DNA from: Eledone cirrhosa
Taxonomy: Eukaryota
Length of the DNA stretch: 64,000 nt
Assembly (NCBI GenBank): GCA_964016885.1
Contig: OZ024740.1
Span: 331,328,001-331,392,000 of the forward strand
Direction: 5' to 3'
A program made the translations under genes and the position numbers. How positions within the stretch are numbered: the stretch's first letter is position 1; the number at the start of each line of letters is the position of its first letter. Positions 33,901-50,063 of the stretch are shown here, one piece after another. The notes under the pieces are model-generated. The model was not told the DNA's origin, made no database searches, and saw nothing but the letters and a program-made list of their open reading frames with translations.

Positions 33901-36664
33901 GATATATATATATATGGGTGGGGGTCTGTGTGTGGTATGTGTGTGTATGAAAGGAAGAGAATCGGTATAGCGTTGGTCGTTTTCTTACTCAATCTAAAAT
34001 ACAGTCATTACTCAGCCTCCACACTTACAATAATCAACCTGTTAAACGACTTTGTGTGAGTAGTAATGTAATTTATCAAATATCTCTGATATTCCTGCTT
34101 TCTAACTTCTTATCAGTCAACAATCTGTCCACTGTTCACAGAAGATTGGTAAAATCACAAACATTTCATGCTTGTATTATGATATCACGTTTCTTAATAT
34201 GTACTATATTTACATTCTTAATATGAATTATTATTAAAATATATTTACAGAATATTTGTGAGCTGCTGCTGAAACCTTTTGTAAATATTTACATATACGT
34301 TTTCTGCCATACAGATTCGATCTCCAATCATCATCTGATGTCTTTTTGTTTGATGCATATACAATACTCTAATGGAATTCACTTTGTAAGTTCTGTGTCT
34401 AGACTAAGATTATCATTCCTACACTCGTGTACATGTCACATACAAAAACATATATGGTAAGAATTACATAGCTAGATGAGTAATCATTTTTTTTTCTTTT
34501 GATTTTAAATTGCTTGAATCTGGGAGAAACCATACATTATATTGCAATATGTATTATATTATGGTAAACTTTCTTTTCAAATTTCAGCAAATGATTGTTA
34601 TGTCATGTGTTTTCTAAAACATCCGTGTATATAAATTAGATACAATTTGAAACTCAAGAATGTAATGGAAAATGCTAGTACATTCCCTTGCAGATCAAAT
34701 TAATAATGCATGGAAAAAAAACATTCTGTAATAGATATATTTAACAAACCAAAACAATAGCCTCTTCTCTTCACTCTCCAAACATTCATCATATTTCTTG
34801 CAATTTTAAATGGCAATCAATATTAAAATGAAATCGTTCATGGCAAATACTATGAACTTCTTGTGTTGCAGGCTGCCATAGATACGTCAACAACTCTGCT
34901 AGCATTTCAGATTAATGGATAAGGGCGAACTAAAGAGGAAGCTCTATCGCGTGGACATGATATGTCGTCCACAAATCACACCATACTCCCTTTAACAGTG
35001 AAGTAATGTGTGTTAATATGGTTATATGTTACACTATGAAATCAAACATATGAAATAAGTTTGTTTCGGTATAGGTGTAGCGATCGAGGATTGAGTTCGC
35101 GCTGATTAATGAAATTAACTTCACCGGCGTGGGCTAATCAGCTCAACACAATTTTATACCAATTAGTTTTTGGCTAAATCCCCAAAAGCATGAATAGAGA
35201 CTAATGGCATTGTAAAGACGGGTGTGTGCATTTACATTTTAAACATATAACTAAGAACATTGAGTTACTTTAGTATTTTGTGATACATGTTTTCAATGAT
35301 ATTCATGTCATATTCTGCTACTATCTTCATTGCTGCTTATATTTTCAATACTGTACAGAATCCGATTCAGCAGACCTCTGGTCAACATAATGTCAGCCGG
35401 TATCATCAAGTACTTTTGGCGGTATTTTATTGCTAAACAATGTAATAATTAATTTGAGTAAACTAGCATCGTATGAATTGGGCGATATGTGACTTGTATA
35501 TGATTCCTCAACACCTCGTGTTACTAGAATGGAAGTTGAGAAATTTTAGACATGTTTTACGCATTTCTAACACTCACTAAGATTTGATATCAGTACAAAC
35601 GTTTCCTTCGCCAAGTAACAGAGGTCCAGAAAAGGCTAAACATTGATGTTCGCCAGCCCCTTAATAAAGCAGACAGATGCTGGTGACCGATATTACTAAT
35701 TAACGATAACCAAATTTTATTCAAAATTATCCGGACATGAACATGTGATATACACTTAGTATGTCCTTGTATATATATCCAATATGAGAGCTACAAACTT
35801 CACTTATATCTTCAAACGAACATAAACGGCTCATATGTTGCCTCTTCTAAAGCAGATATAACTGCACGTGTATCGAACAACTATCTTCTCTGTAGAACCA
35901 CGAAATCTCTATCACATCCACAAATTATTCAGAATGTATTACTTGCCTCTGTTTTGCAAGGCATCGATAATCAATATCTTAATTCCAGTAAAATTTAATT
36001 TTATCAAATTTGAAATTCAAATATATGCCAAAACTGTTATGATTTAGACTTTGTGAACGCCAGCGTCTCAGTTATTAACAAAAAAAGGTTTCTAATAAGC
36101 AAGTAGAAATGTGTTATTTTCATAATTAGTACAACGTTGTATACGTCATTAAAATAATGATGCAAACGCAACTTCAAATTACATACTTTCACAAGATATT
36201 ATAAGTAAGTGTATATATAATTAGAAATATTAATATTGCTTCAAGTAATCTATTTCGAAACAACTTATTATGTCTTGTTTGTTATTTTATTTTTTCAGAC
36301 GTTCGTTTGACAGGAGAATGACATTCGTCAGAATTTTATATCAGAATACGTATTGCAAAGCAGAACTCTAGTTTTTTCCGTCGGTCGAACCTTTACATTA
36401 ATGTAAAAAATATTACTATAGCATTCGGCAAATAAAACTAATTCAAAACGAATCAGCATGAGATGCACCTTTTAAATATATTATATGCGGTAAACGGGAA
36501 ACATATTTATTTTCCATGTTTTGCATTGCTATAAAAAAATTAAAAAAATGCGAAATAATTAGGCTTGTGACAGCGGATTTTAAAATGACATACTGTACGA
36601 CATAGAGAAATATATATATATATTTCATCTTTTATCTGCTGAAGCAGATAAAAGATGAAATCCC

Positions 36665-39969
<3,305 letters not shown>

Positions 39970-39977
39970 CATATATG

Positions 39978-40035
<58 letters not shown>

Positions 40036-40094
40036 TATATACAGTTTCGATGAGTGTGGGGCAGAGAATAAATGAGACTAAGCCAAAATATATA

Positions 40095-40166
<72 letters not shown>

Positions 40167-40220
40167 TACACTGGTGTGTATGATTGTGTATAGAAGATCA
40201 TATTAATAAAAGGAATTCCA

Positions 40221-40318
40221 ATCGTCAGGTTCATAATGTGTGGTGACACTCAAGTTTGCAATTTTCAACAGTTGAAAGTTGCAAACTTGACTGTCACCAC
40301 ACATTATGAACCTGAAGA
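40221..40318. repeat. ~98-bp near-perfect palindrome overlapping a hammerhead
   Basis: TCGTCAGGTTCATAATGTGTGGTGACA...TGTCACCACACATTATGAACCTGAAGA. Confidence 0.85.
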
Positions 40319-40345
40319 TTGCGAAATCATGAAAGTACTTGTTCA
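40307..40345 (+). ncRNA. Minimal type I hammerhead ribozyme
   Basis: TGAAC CTGAAGA T TG cgaaat CA T GAAA GTA CTT GTTCA; palindromic helix III AGTACT; short helix II. Confidence 0.65.
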
Positions 40346-40457
40346 ATTAACACTTAACATTTAATATTCTATCATACTATTTCATTATAAGACCATTATA
40401 AATATTAAAGGATTGTAAATAAAACGAGTAAATCAGACAAAGTTGCAATTCCTTTTA

Positions 40458-40507
<50 letters not shown>

Positions 40508-40510
<3 letters not shown>

Positions 40511-41233
40511 CAGGTCCACTGTCCTCTTGGCGATTCCATAAGCCTGTAAGATCTTCATCAGGCAGTTACGGTCCATAGAATCGAAGGCCTTCCTAAAGTC
40601 AATAAAAACGATGACCGCTGTAGAAAATGTTGAGAAGCCAGAAGGGATTACTAATGTAGGCGAGAATATGCTGGAATTAGTTGAGGACGTCCTGTATCTT
40701 GGAGCAAATATTGTTAATACGGAAGATGATGTGGTTGAGAGGAAGGGCAAAGCCAGGGCCGCGTGCCACAGCCTGAGATCGGTGTGGAAGTCGGACATAC
40801 GTGAAGACTTGAAGATCCGCCTCTTCATTGCTGTAGTGGAGTCTGTGTTGCTGTACGGGACTTAGACACTGACCAAGAGACTCACTCAGATGGTGGATGG
40901 GTGCTACACGAGAATGCTGAGGATGGCTCTGAACATTAATCAGTATATACTGAGGATGAAGAACTCAGAGCTGTATGGGAGCCTCCCAAAGTCACCTCAA
41001 AAGTGACACAGAGAAGACTGAGGTTAGCTGGACATGCTCACCGACATCCAGAGTTGACACTGTCAGAAACCCTGCATGGACACACTGGAAGAGGAAGACC
41101 ACGGTTAAAGTTTATTGATGCTCTAAGGACAGACACTGGTCTGTTGGAGACGCAGGACATGGCAGCGATAATGAAGGACAGAGACCGCTGGAGAGAACTC
41201 GTACATGGCTCTCGGGAATCTTACTCGCCCTAG
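40508..41233 (+). mobile_element. RTE-like LINE 3' fragment with 5' inversion (same family as 23808-25010)
   Basis: Plus strand 40620-41233 gives ENVEKPEG..LYLG..VLLYG..RRLRLAGH; 40508-40620 reads VFIDFRKAFDS..MKILQAYGI on the minus strand; microsatellite on both flanks. Confidence 0.85.
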
Positions 41234-41246
41234 ATATATATATATA

Positions 41247-41322
<76 letters not shown>

Positions 41323-41944
41323 TAGGGGTGGGGGGAATGTTCAAGTGCATTGTGTTTCAATTTATCTCTATATATAAATACAAGCAGAGGTCTCCCGGCG
41401 TTGCTCGGATATTAAATAGCAATTGTGTATACCATTTATGTCAATACTTCAGTGCTGCTTCGAAAACTCTACTTTTACAAAATCATCGGCTTTTCCCAAA
41501 AGGGGGTTTATGCCCCCAGGGCTCCCCTACCCGATATGTGCCAATTCTGAGAGTTCACATTCATCTCTAGGACAAACGTAGCTCGTGTGTCAAGTTATGT
41601 GAAAAACGGTTGCGAACTCCAGAAGTTATGACGTTTTGTTCCATTGCACTGCAGTGCTTCAGTCGACTCCAAGGAAGTGGTTAAAGTGGTTAAAGGGGTT
41701 ATCTGCCGGTGGGCCCTATAATCAATATCTGAAAAAATGACAGTGCCCATGACCATCCGGAATACATAAGTAACCTATGTCTTAAGTTCGGTGAAAATAC
41801 TGTAGAAATGCATAAGGTTTATACATACGCGCATGCGTTCGTGTGTGTGCGCGTGTGTGTGTTTGTGTGTGTGTGGATGTGTATGTATTTGTGTGTGCGT
41901 ATGTATGTGTATGTCCGTCGGGGCATACGTATGTACTGGCCTAA

Positions 41945-42325
41945 ATCTTCACTATTTACTTTTACTATTTTAATAACCTATGTCATTTTCGTTTTCAATT
42001 GTATTTACATCATTCTTAAAAACCGCGGCTGGAAATCATTCTGTTATTTTAAATAGAATATTAGTCTAACGACTCCATTTATACCATATGCTTGGTCTTG
42101 TCTTTGCATGAAATTGTTCTTCCCGCTCCACATAACGGCGTATTATCCTCGCTTTTTTCCCGTTCATTTCCAGGGAACGTCTTCCCGAATCAAAATATCG
42201 TCTTCCTGTTTTCGTTCGGTTGCAATGTTTCTCAAAATAATTACTTCTGCCTTCACAGATTACTCTCAGTTCAATTTGAATGGGAAATTCCTGTTTCATC
42301 GATTTTCTCCGTAACCATGGAAGAT
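41945..42325. repeat. Unclassified interspersed repeat; diverged inverted copy at about 62305-62520
   Basis: CCAGGGAACGTCTTC.CGAA.CAAA.TATCGTCT.CCTGTTTTC is present on the opposite strand near 62380-62420. Confidence 0.6.
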
Positions 42326-43944
42326 TGTAGCTTGAAAGTCGACCCAACGCCTCCTCGGGTCATTCTGCACAACTGTAAATTTTCGCTGCATTCCACCAAG
42401 GCGTTTCGACGTTTATCCGACTACACCTACATATACAACGTCCGACCACTTCCAATTTATATAGTAGACTAGCAGAAAACTACACGAAAGGCGGTTTTCT
42501 GCTAGTCTATATATCTAAAACAGAGAATGTCTCTCTGTCTGTCAGCTCACTAAAACTTGAGAACGATCCAACCGATTGTTTTCAAACTTTAGACATGTAA
42601 TACTTATGGTCCTGTGAGTGTTTAGAGCAAAGATTATTTCAAATTTTCAATGCCCTAGGGACCGCATTAGGCGATTTAGCATTCTCTATATATAATTCTT
42701 AGTCTTTCTTTTTAGATAGATACATAGATATAACGTTGCACCCTTATAATATCTGTCTGTATGTCTGGCTGTCTGAATTACGTCATTATGACGCGCTCAG
42801 TGTGTGTGTATATATATATATATGTATCGCAATGCAGACACCAAGACATAGCTTTCCTTCCCCTCTTCCAGCATCTCTCTCTCTCTCCCTCCCGCTATCC
42901 CCCTCTTGTAGTCTGTCTCTTTTTTACACTCTCACTCTCTCTCTACGCGTCGGACAGACAGGCAGAGAAATTGCTGGTTATATATTATAAGGAGATTTGT
43001 TTATATATGAATGACAAAAAGAAAAGTACAAAACTATACATGAATTGTTTCTACTGAACCTTCAATTTAAGACACAACCTACATATTTGAATAGGACTCC
43101 AGCTCACTTCCTCTTCTTCTTCTTCTTCTTCTTCTTCTTCTTCTTCTTCACCCCCTCCCCCCAGGAACATTGGGCTGCGAGCTACTCCCACACAACGTGA
43201 TGTTCTGAGTCTGCTTTTCAACTCCACCGTGATGCACGGTGCGTCATGGTGTATCTACCCATTTCTTTAGGTCTTACTACGGCTGATTTCTTTGAGAGAG
43301 AAAGAGAGAGATGGAAAAATGCAGAGAAGATTCATCCCCGGAGGAATAATAAAAAATGTTTACACTGCACATTTCATTTTTTCAAAGCTAAAACTGCCGA
43401 TCCAAAATCAGTAATTCAACTCCCTGAAAACTTTCAAATATATGCTGTTCTAGCATGAATATTATGCTAAGGATAAGCTGTCCACAAAGTAAGATTTACT
43501 TGTATATCCCCGCTCATACAAACACATAAATACATGCATACCTACATTACAGCTGAAATTTGTTTTTATTAAAGCGTTTTCATATTATATATATATAGAG
43601 ACGAAACATAAGTCAATTGCATGAACTCATAATCCTTTATTTACTGCTTTATTTGTATGAAATTGCAATCATATATAGTTTATTACTATTTTAAGCCCCA
43701 GGAACGGCATTTTTCAAGTTAGAGATTTGAAACCTCGTCTATCTGCTTCCTTGGCACTTTTTACATAGGTGTGTAAATTTTCATGTCAGTCCGGCCACGT
43801 CTGCTACCATTTAACCGTGCACATCTGAATTTCAACCACCACCCATTTCACAAATAAATATTAGATATATCAGTATGTATGTATTTGTATATACATCCGC
43901 ACATACATATATGGATATAAGTCTAAATCTGTCTTATGCCAGAA

Positions 43945-44185
43945 GGCTCATTCGGCCGGTGCTTATCCCTGTTTCATGGCGTGAAGCGACTAAGAATACA
44001 AGACTCCCCCCTGTACAGGACGCCAGCCCATCACAGGGTTAAACACCCAGCTATTGCTGGTACTCATTTTCAGGTGAGTAAACTGGAGCAATGTGAAATT
44101 AAATATTTTGCACAAGAACACAACACGCAACTCAGGAATCGAAGCCACGACAAATCCAACACCCTTACAACTAGGCCCCGTGCAT

Positions 44186-44187
<2 letters not shown>
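43945..44187 (-). mobile_element. Second tRNA-derived SINE family (CORE-like central domain)
   Basis: Minus strand: GGCCTAGTTG (A box), GCTTCGATTCC (B box), GTGTTCTTG.GCAA...CACATTGCTCCAG...AAATGAGTACC, tail AACCCTGTGATGG.CTGGCGTCC. Confidence 0.65.
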
Positions 44188-44254
<67 letters not shown>

Positions 44255-44264
<10 letters not shown>

Positions 44265-45115
44265 AAATTTATACGGGAACAAAACAGATAGGCAGAGAAA
44301 TAAAGGTTTATTAGGTTCACGCTTTTGAGAGGTGGGGGGGGGGACGTTTCGGCCATAAGCCCTTCTTCAGGAGTAAATAGGTTAGGAAGGGAGTTCAGAG
44401 GGTGTGTGGAAATACATTTAGAAAAAAGAGGGGAGAAGAACAATTAAAAGTAAAAATAAACGTAAAAATAAACATAAGAATAAACAATAAGATGGACAAG
44501 TGGTGGAAGGGTGTTAGGCGTGTAAAGGTGGTGGTGGGTGGAGTTGGGAGAGAGAGGCCGGGGAACGATGCAAGGAGGGCTGAATGTGGTGTTTGTGTAT
44601 GTGTGTAGGTGTACGTGAGTGTGTGTGCGTGTGTATGTGAGAGTTTGAGGAAGAACGAGGTTCCATGTTCAGGAAAAGGTGTGTGCGTGAATGGGGTGTA
44701 AGTCGGTGTGTGCGTGCGTGTTGAAGGAGAGGGGTCAGAGGTGGGGGAGGTGGCGTGTGGATTCTGGGGGTTGTGTATATGTGGGGGCACGCACGTGTGT
44801 GTTTGTGTTTATATGTGGTGTGGATATGGGTGGCGTGGTGCGAAAAGAAATGTGTGTGTGTATGTTCGTGGGTAAGGTCCTGAGGTTGTTCCGTCAGATG
44901 TGTGAAGAGTTGCTGGATATTTTTCAAGATATGGAGTGGATGGTTGGAGAGATGACCGAAGGTGTAGATTCCAATGTTAGTGGTGCTCGGAAGTGGAGGG
45001 AAGAGGGGTGCGCGCTCAACAGGAAGTGGTCAGAGGGTCAAGACAGGGTGTAGAGATAGCAATAGAGCGGGTGGAAGAGATAGCAGTAGAGCGGGATGAC
45101 AGGTGCAGTGAGGTA
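44255..45115 (-). mobile_element. Decayed Penelope-like remnant with CA-rich 3' UTR and minimal hammerhead core at 44343-44370
   Basis: Remnant PLTL...IHSI.KNIQQL peptide; CUGAAGA AGGGC uuau GGCC GAAACGUC with helix I unpaired. Confidence 0.5.
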
Positions 45116-45305
45116 TATATATAATAGTAATAAACGAAAGATATATACTTTATATCATCTCTAATTATTTTATTATATATATATCTAAGATGCAAAGTTT
45201 TATGTATAACATAAACCAAAACCTAAAACTTTGCATCTTCGAAATATATATAATAAAATAAATAAAGATGATATAAAGTTTATGACTTTCGTTTATTACT
45301 GTTAT
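45115..45305. repeat. Imperfect fold-back (~190 bp)
   Basis: AGTAATAAACGAAAG...AAGATGCAAAGTTTTA / TAAAACTTTGCATCTT...CTTTCGTTTATTACT. Confidence 0.75.
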
Positions 45306-45409
45306 TATTAATAATTATACACCGGAAAAATATATACCGTTGAGTGCTTGGCAGCTGTTATATATGAGAATCAATTGATTACAACTCAACCAACCTCGTT
45401 TTTTATTGA

Positions 45410-45506
<97 letters not shown>

Positions 45507-45507
<1 letters not shown>

Positions 45508-45790
45508 AAGATGAAATCGAAAATGCAACTGTAGTCTTATTTTAAAAATATATATATATATTTATTTGGTTCCTTTACCGATTTCGCAGTTCTTCTGCTT
45601 TTCAAAAGTAGAGTTGGTTGAGATGGAGGGTCTGTGGTTTTTCTCACATCTGATGTGGGAAAAACCACAGACCCTCCATCTCAACTCTACTTTTGAAAAG
45701 CAGAAGAACTGCGAAACCGGTAAAGGAACCAAATAAATATATATATATATTTTTAAATAAGACTCCAGTTGCATTTTCGATTTCATCTTA
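45507..45790. repeat. Near-perfect ~280-bp palindrome adjoining (TA)n
   Basis: Arms fold around about 45651 (CACATC T GATGTG); includes GAAACCGGTA, a possible hammerhead 3' half. Confidence 0.9.
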
Positions 45791-45872
45791 TTTTCTTTAT
45801 ATTTTCACTCGTGTAGGACACCTCGGTTATTTTTCATTTTGTAAAAAAAACCTAACTTTCTAATATATATAT

Positions 45873-45976
45873 ATATTAAAATAAGAGATTAAAGTTCAAG
45901 CAAAGAATCGGTGTTTTCACCCTTAATGGTGAAAGCAGCGATTCTTTGCTTGAATTTTAATCTGTTATTTTAATAA
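45873..45976. repeat. ~100-bp fold-back; related arm at about 62249-62300
   Basis: TATTAAAATAA.AGATTAAA.TTCAAGCAAAGAATCG / CGATTCTTTGCTTGAA.TTTAATCT.TTATTTTAATA. Confidence 0.8.
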
Positions 45977-46065
45977 CTATTTGGTCTACGGTTCTTATAT
46001 ATCTGATATATATTTATCCTTATTGAGCCCTGTTTGGATTTTAGTCGTCAAATTTATTATTATTA

Positions 46066-46126
<61 letters not shown>

Positions 46127-46575
46127 TTTTGAGTATATGTTGGTTGTATACCAACACCTCAGTATGCAGGCTGGAGCAATCGACAAAGTGCGCAGGTTGG
46201 TTTGGTTACTCCGGAGTAATGTAAAATAAAGTTAAATAAAAAGTCAAATGTTTCAAATTTAGCTTCGTTTATTACTGCTATATATATTTCAGTGACAGCC
46301 ATCTTTGGCTGTGACCTCTTCAGGCAGTCCGAATTAGTGTGGTATAGACAAGTACATATGTTGTTGAGGTGTATAATATTGTCAATACTCTGATATGCCC
46401 AGTTCCTGGTTGGGTTGTTATTTCACTGAGGAACTGGAATCATATGAATTCAAACAAACGAATTTCAGTGTCAAAGGGCCTCTTCTCCTCTCATTGGTCA
46501 GTTCTGAGAGCATTCCTCAGTCAGAAGTCTATAGAATTCTGTCTGGGTTGAGGCTCCCTGTAGTGTTTGTGTTTA
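46127..46575 (-). mobile_element. Solo family A pseudo-LTR fragment
   Basis: Matches about 17680-18060; lies between (AG)n and (TA)n. Confidence 0.85.
46274..46328 (-). ncRNA. Type I hammerhead ribozyme (family A)
   Basis: As 17833-17887, with a G-U first pair in helix II. Confidence 0.8.
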
Positions 46576-46585
46576 TATATATATG

Positions 46586-46641
<56 letters not shown>

Positions 46642-46676
46642 ATAAATTAATATATATATATATGTATATATATATG

Positions 46677-46710
<34 letters not shown>

Positions 46711-46753
46711 TATATATATAATATATTAATATATATATATGTATATATATATG

Positions 46754-46837
<84 letters not shown>

Positions 46838-46929
46838 TATGTATATATTAATATATATATATGTATATATATATATGTATATATGGAGGAAAAATTACGA
46901 AATGGAAATGCGGGTATATAGAATTTATT

Positions 46930-47046
46930 AGGTAACAATTGTTTCTATAGTGTATGAGTTACCTATACCTCGCTATTTGAATAATACACAAATATTATCA
47001 AAAACCGAAAGTACACTGTAAGTCAACACACCATGTCATCAGACCT
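46930..47046 (-). ncRNA. Hammerhead with ~75-nt loop II in the downstream pseudo-LTR
   Basis: AGGU-CUGAUGA-C AUGGUGUG...UACACUAU A-GAAA-CAAUU-GUU^-ACCU; palindromic helix III ACAAUUGU. Confidence 0.72.
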
Positions 47047-47456
47047 TTGTATTAGAATGATATGAAAATATTTTATACACTAGATAAAAGATAAAGAAGG
47101 AGGTAGGAAGAGAAGGGGAAGAGGGAAGTGAGTAAGGTGGAGGGAGTCTTAGGGTTTAAGACTGTCAGACTAGTAGAGATTGTGAAGAGAGAATGTTTTG
47201 GCAGCAGTTAGCTTAATGAGGCGTGCTAAGGTTGGCTGGGAAGTAGATACTTCTAGTGGTGTTGTTCGGACAAAATTTAGTTAGAGGGGTCAAAGTGGTA
47301 CAATGTCACAGACAAGTTATTAGGGCTATTATAGTAGCAGGTTATTTCTAAAGGGGTCCAGAAAAACAGTGTTTAGTACTATTATTATAGAAAGCCATAT
47401 TTAGTGTATAAACATATAAGACAGAAATTTGCAAACGTTGGTGTAAAAAGGTAACA

Positions 47457-49739
47457 TTATATGCATTTAAAAAAAGAAAAAGTCGTTTTCAAACGATGGT
47501 TACAGTATAGAGAACGTTCAATTTTGCTGTTCAAAAGTTTGTTTACCGACGTTAAAATGCAGTATATCTCTAAATTGCATAACTTGCAGAATCGATGATT
47601 TTGCTGATATGCAGGCGCAGCTGCAATAATTTGCCAATCAAGGGAGAACGCTTGATTGTTCTTCCGAAGCTGCCAGGCTTTATCGGCGAGGGTTGTTACG
47701 GAGCGCATTTTCTCGTGCCTGATCGAAGATCGATGTTGGTATAGGCGAGCCTTGAAAGAAGTTGCGGTACATCCGACGTAATACCATTTGTTGGTCCCGG
47801 AATTAATTGTACACCGGTAGACAATATTGCGTGCTAGGCACTGGTTATTCAGTGGGCACGTACCTGGTTTGGTGCAGTTACAACTATTTTTATGTTTTGC
47901 AGTAGAATCCTGGATAGTTTGGTGGGGTTGTGGTTGCGTGTTAGTGCGTTGCATGTTGCTATGCTGGTGCGCTGAGTCATTAGGGATGTACTTATTCAGT
48001 ATTGCTGAGTTGAGTTTTCTAATTAGTTGTTCTATGTTAGGTGCAGTGGAGTATGAGAGTCTAATGGTGCGCGAGTTAAAGATTTTATAGTATTTATGTG
48101 AAGTTGTAAAGTGTTTATTGATTAGTGTATAGAATTGTGAGATAATCTTAGTGCTAATAGAAGAGTTGTACACGGGGTTATACCATATGTACTCTCTACG
48201 TCTGACTCTATTTGCTGGTTTGCACCTGTTAGTATGCCTATTGATGTGTGTGTGTGGTGCAATACTAGTTCGACTTAGATGTGTTTTATTCCTAGTACTT
48301 ATGTGGTTATCGTCTAGATATTCAATTTTCTCGCAGTAACCAGCTTTTCTAAGTGCGTCATTATAATATTCAGCATGCTCGTTGAAGGTCTGCAAATTAG
48401 ACGCCAGTCGGGAGATCCTTATGGATATATTTTTAGGGATAGATTTAATAATGGAATGAGGATGGTTCGATTTTACATTAACGTACTTAAGATTTTCATT
48501 AAGTTTGTGAAATGGCTCTATATTACCGTTATTAAGGTTGAAGGTAACATCCAAGAAGTTGACCACCTTAAGATTGTGTTCAAAGGTAATATTAAGCCCT
48601 AGTTCTAAGAAAAGTTTCCTAATGTTTTTACGTCGCCTTTCTAGGTTTTGTTTGTTCATATTCTTGACTAATAGAAGTGTATCGTCGCGGTATATTCCGC
48701 CGTGGAGGTCCGTAAATTCGCTCTGGAGTCTATGGGCTATATAGATCCCAACCAAATCCGTGACCTCCGCCGAATCATTAGAACCCATCGTAATGTCGAA
48801 TTCCGAGGGTCTATCCCTGCGGACCCAATAACTATTTTCAAAGTGCACTACTGTGCGTCTAGCTTCAAGTATAATATTAATTTCCACGTTTGTGAGGTCC
48901 GAGTTAGTCTTAGCAAAAGAGAGGGCCTTATGCAGGGTTTCGGGTGAAATAGAGGAATAGTATTCATCTATATCGAATTGAATAAAAGAAGATTTGTTTT
49001 TGTCCCTAATGTTATTGAACCATCTTATTGCCTGATGAGTATTACCCCATAATTTAATATCTACCTTAGCCTTAACTTGGGGGATAATACGATCTAATAT
49101 GTACTTACTAATCTTACCTATATCGGACTTTGAAGGACATATTAATCTAATTTTAGGGTTAGTATCGAAGTTATCCTTATGGTCCTTCAGATTAAAAGTC
49201 GGTGTAGCTGGGGATAGGGGTACCGTTCTGTCGTCAATTTTCAGTTTCCTAACAATATCACATGCTGCGTTATTAATGTTGGTTAGTGTAGTTGCGTTTG
49301 TTTTTTTGTATTTCCTATGTAATTCCTTACGTATAAAATTGTTATATGTTTCTACATCCAGGGTGTATAGATTCGAAGTTTTGTCTGCCTTTATGATAAT
49401 TCCTTTGGTATTCCTTAGGCTGTTGAGTAGAGTTTTAATATCTCGTTGCAGTTCGTTTTTCCTTCCGTTTGTAAATTTGATTCCGGTTATCATTTTCATT
49501 AAGTCCTGTTCGAAAGAATCCAAAAGAGGGTTAGAGGGTGGGTTTTTGTAGGATTTGAAACCAAACTTCTCGTTGTTGGTGTCCGAAGTTTGTGTAATCC
49601 TTTTCCGATCGAAGTGGAAGGCCTTCCATCTAATCCGCCGAATAAATTCGTTGGTCCTTTGTATCATACCAAGAATGTAATCCTTTTTACCCTGAATGGG
49701 TATGTTTTTTAAGGACATACCACAATGATGTTTTTCCAT
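47457..49739 (-). CDS. Penelope-like reverse transcriptase + C-terminal GIY-YIG endonuclease (760 aa)
   Basis: KADKT, KDHK..PKIRLI, FDIDEYYSSI, ITMGSNDSAEV.DLVG, GIYRDD, VNFLDVT, WYNP, CNC..CPL..CL, IVYRC..YVGCTATSFKARLYQH, CKLC.LE, LN..E..CNH. Confidence 0.95.
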   Translation of the reverse strand: MEKHHCGMSLKNIPIQGKKDYILGMIQRTNEFIRRIRWKAFHFDRKRITQTSDTNNEKFGFKSYKNPPSNPLLDSFEQDLMKMITGIKFTNGRKNELQRDIKTLLNSLRNTKGIIIKADKTSNLYTLDVETYNNFIRKELHRKYKKTNATTLTNINNAACDIVRKLKIDDRTVPLSPATPTFNLKDHKDNFDTNPKIRLICPSKSDIGKISKYILDRIIPQVKAKVDIKLWGNTHQAIRWFNNIRDKNKSSFIQFDIDEYYSSISPETLHKALSFAKTNSDLTNVEINIILEARRTVVHFENSYWVRRDRPSEFDITMGSNDSAEVTDLVGIYIAHRLQSEFTDLHGGIYRDDTLLLVKNMNKQNLERRRKNIRKLFLELGLNITFEHNLKVVNFLDVTFNLNNGNIEPFHKLNENLKYVNVKSNHPHSIIKSIPKNISIRISRLASNLQTFNEHAEYYNDALRKAGYCEKIEYLDDNHISTRNKTHLSRTSIAPHTHINRHTNRCKPANRVRRREYIWYNPVYNSSISTKIISQFYTLINKHFTTSHKYYKIFNSRTIRLSYSTAPNIEQLIRKLNSAILNKYIPNDSAHQHSNMQRTNTQPQPHQTIQDSTAKHKNSCNCTKPGTCPLNNQCLARNIVYRCTINSGTNKWYYVGCTATSFKARLYQHRSSIRHEKMRSVTTLADKAWQLRKNNQAFSLDWQIIAAAPAYQQNHRFCKLCNLEIYCILTSVNKLLNSKIERSLYCNHRLKTTFSFFKCI

Positions 49740-49946
49740 TTCAAAGACGCAGGTTGATAGGTTGCTCGACTGTAAAGGAGTGTGAAGAATTAGATAATTT
49801 GTATTCCAATGTTACTAAGTAGTTGCATTGGATGGAGTCAACTGACGTCAGAGATTGCTCAACGTATAATAAAGTGTGTTTTAAAATCCGGAGAAAATAT
49901 GGAGGAAAAATTTACGAAATGGAAATGCGGGTATATAGAATTTATT

Positions 49947-50063
49947 AGGTAACAATTGTTTCTATAGTGTATGAGTTACCTATACCTCGCTATTTGAATA
50001 ATACACAAATATTATCAAAAACCGAAAGTACACTGTAAGTCAACACACCATGTCATCAGACCT
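49947..50063 (-). ncRNA. Same hammerhead in the upstream pseudo-LTR
   Basis: Same sequence as 46930-47046, 3017 bp away. Confidence 0.72.

Noticed and set aside
41385-42720. Helitron-like terminal words (CCCGGCGTTGCTCGG; TCTATATATCTAAAA)
   Set aside because: Resemblance only; matching ends and copies could not be established
47827-49551. Plus-strand ORFs overlapping the PLE ORF, and similar antisense ORFs over family A and RTE copies
   Set aside because: Antisense shadows of coding sequence
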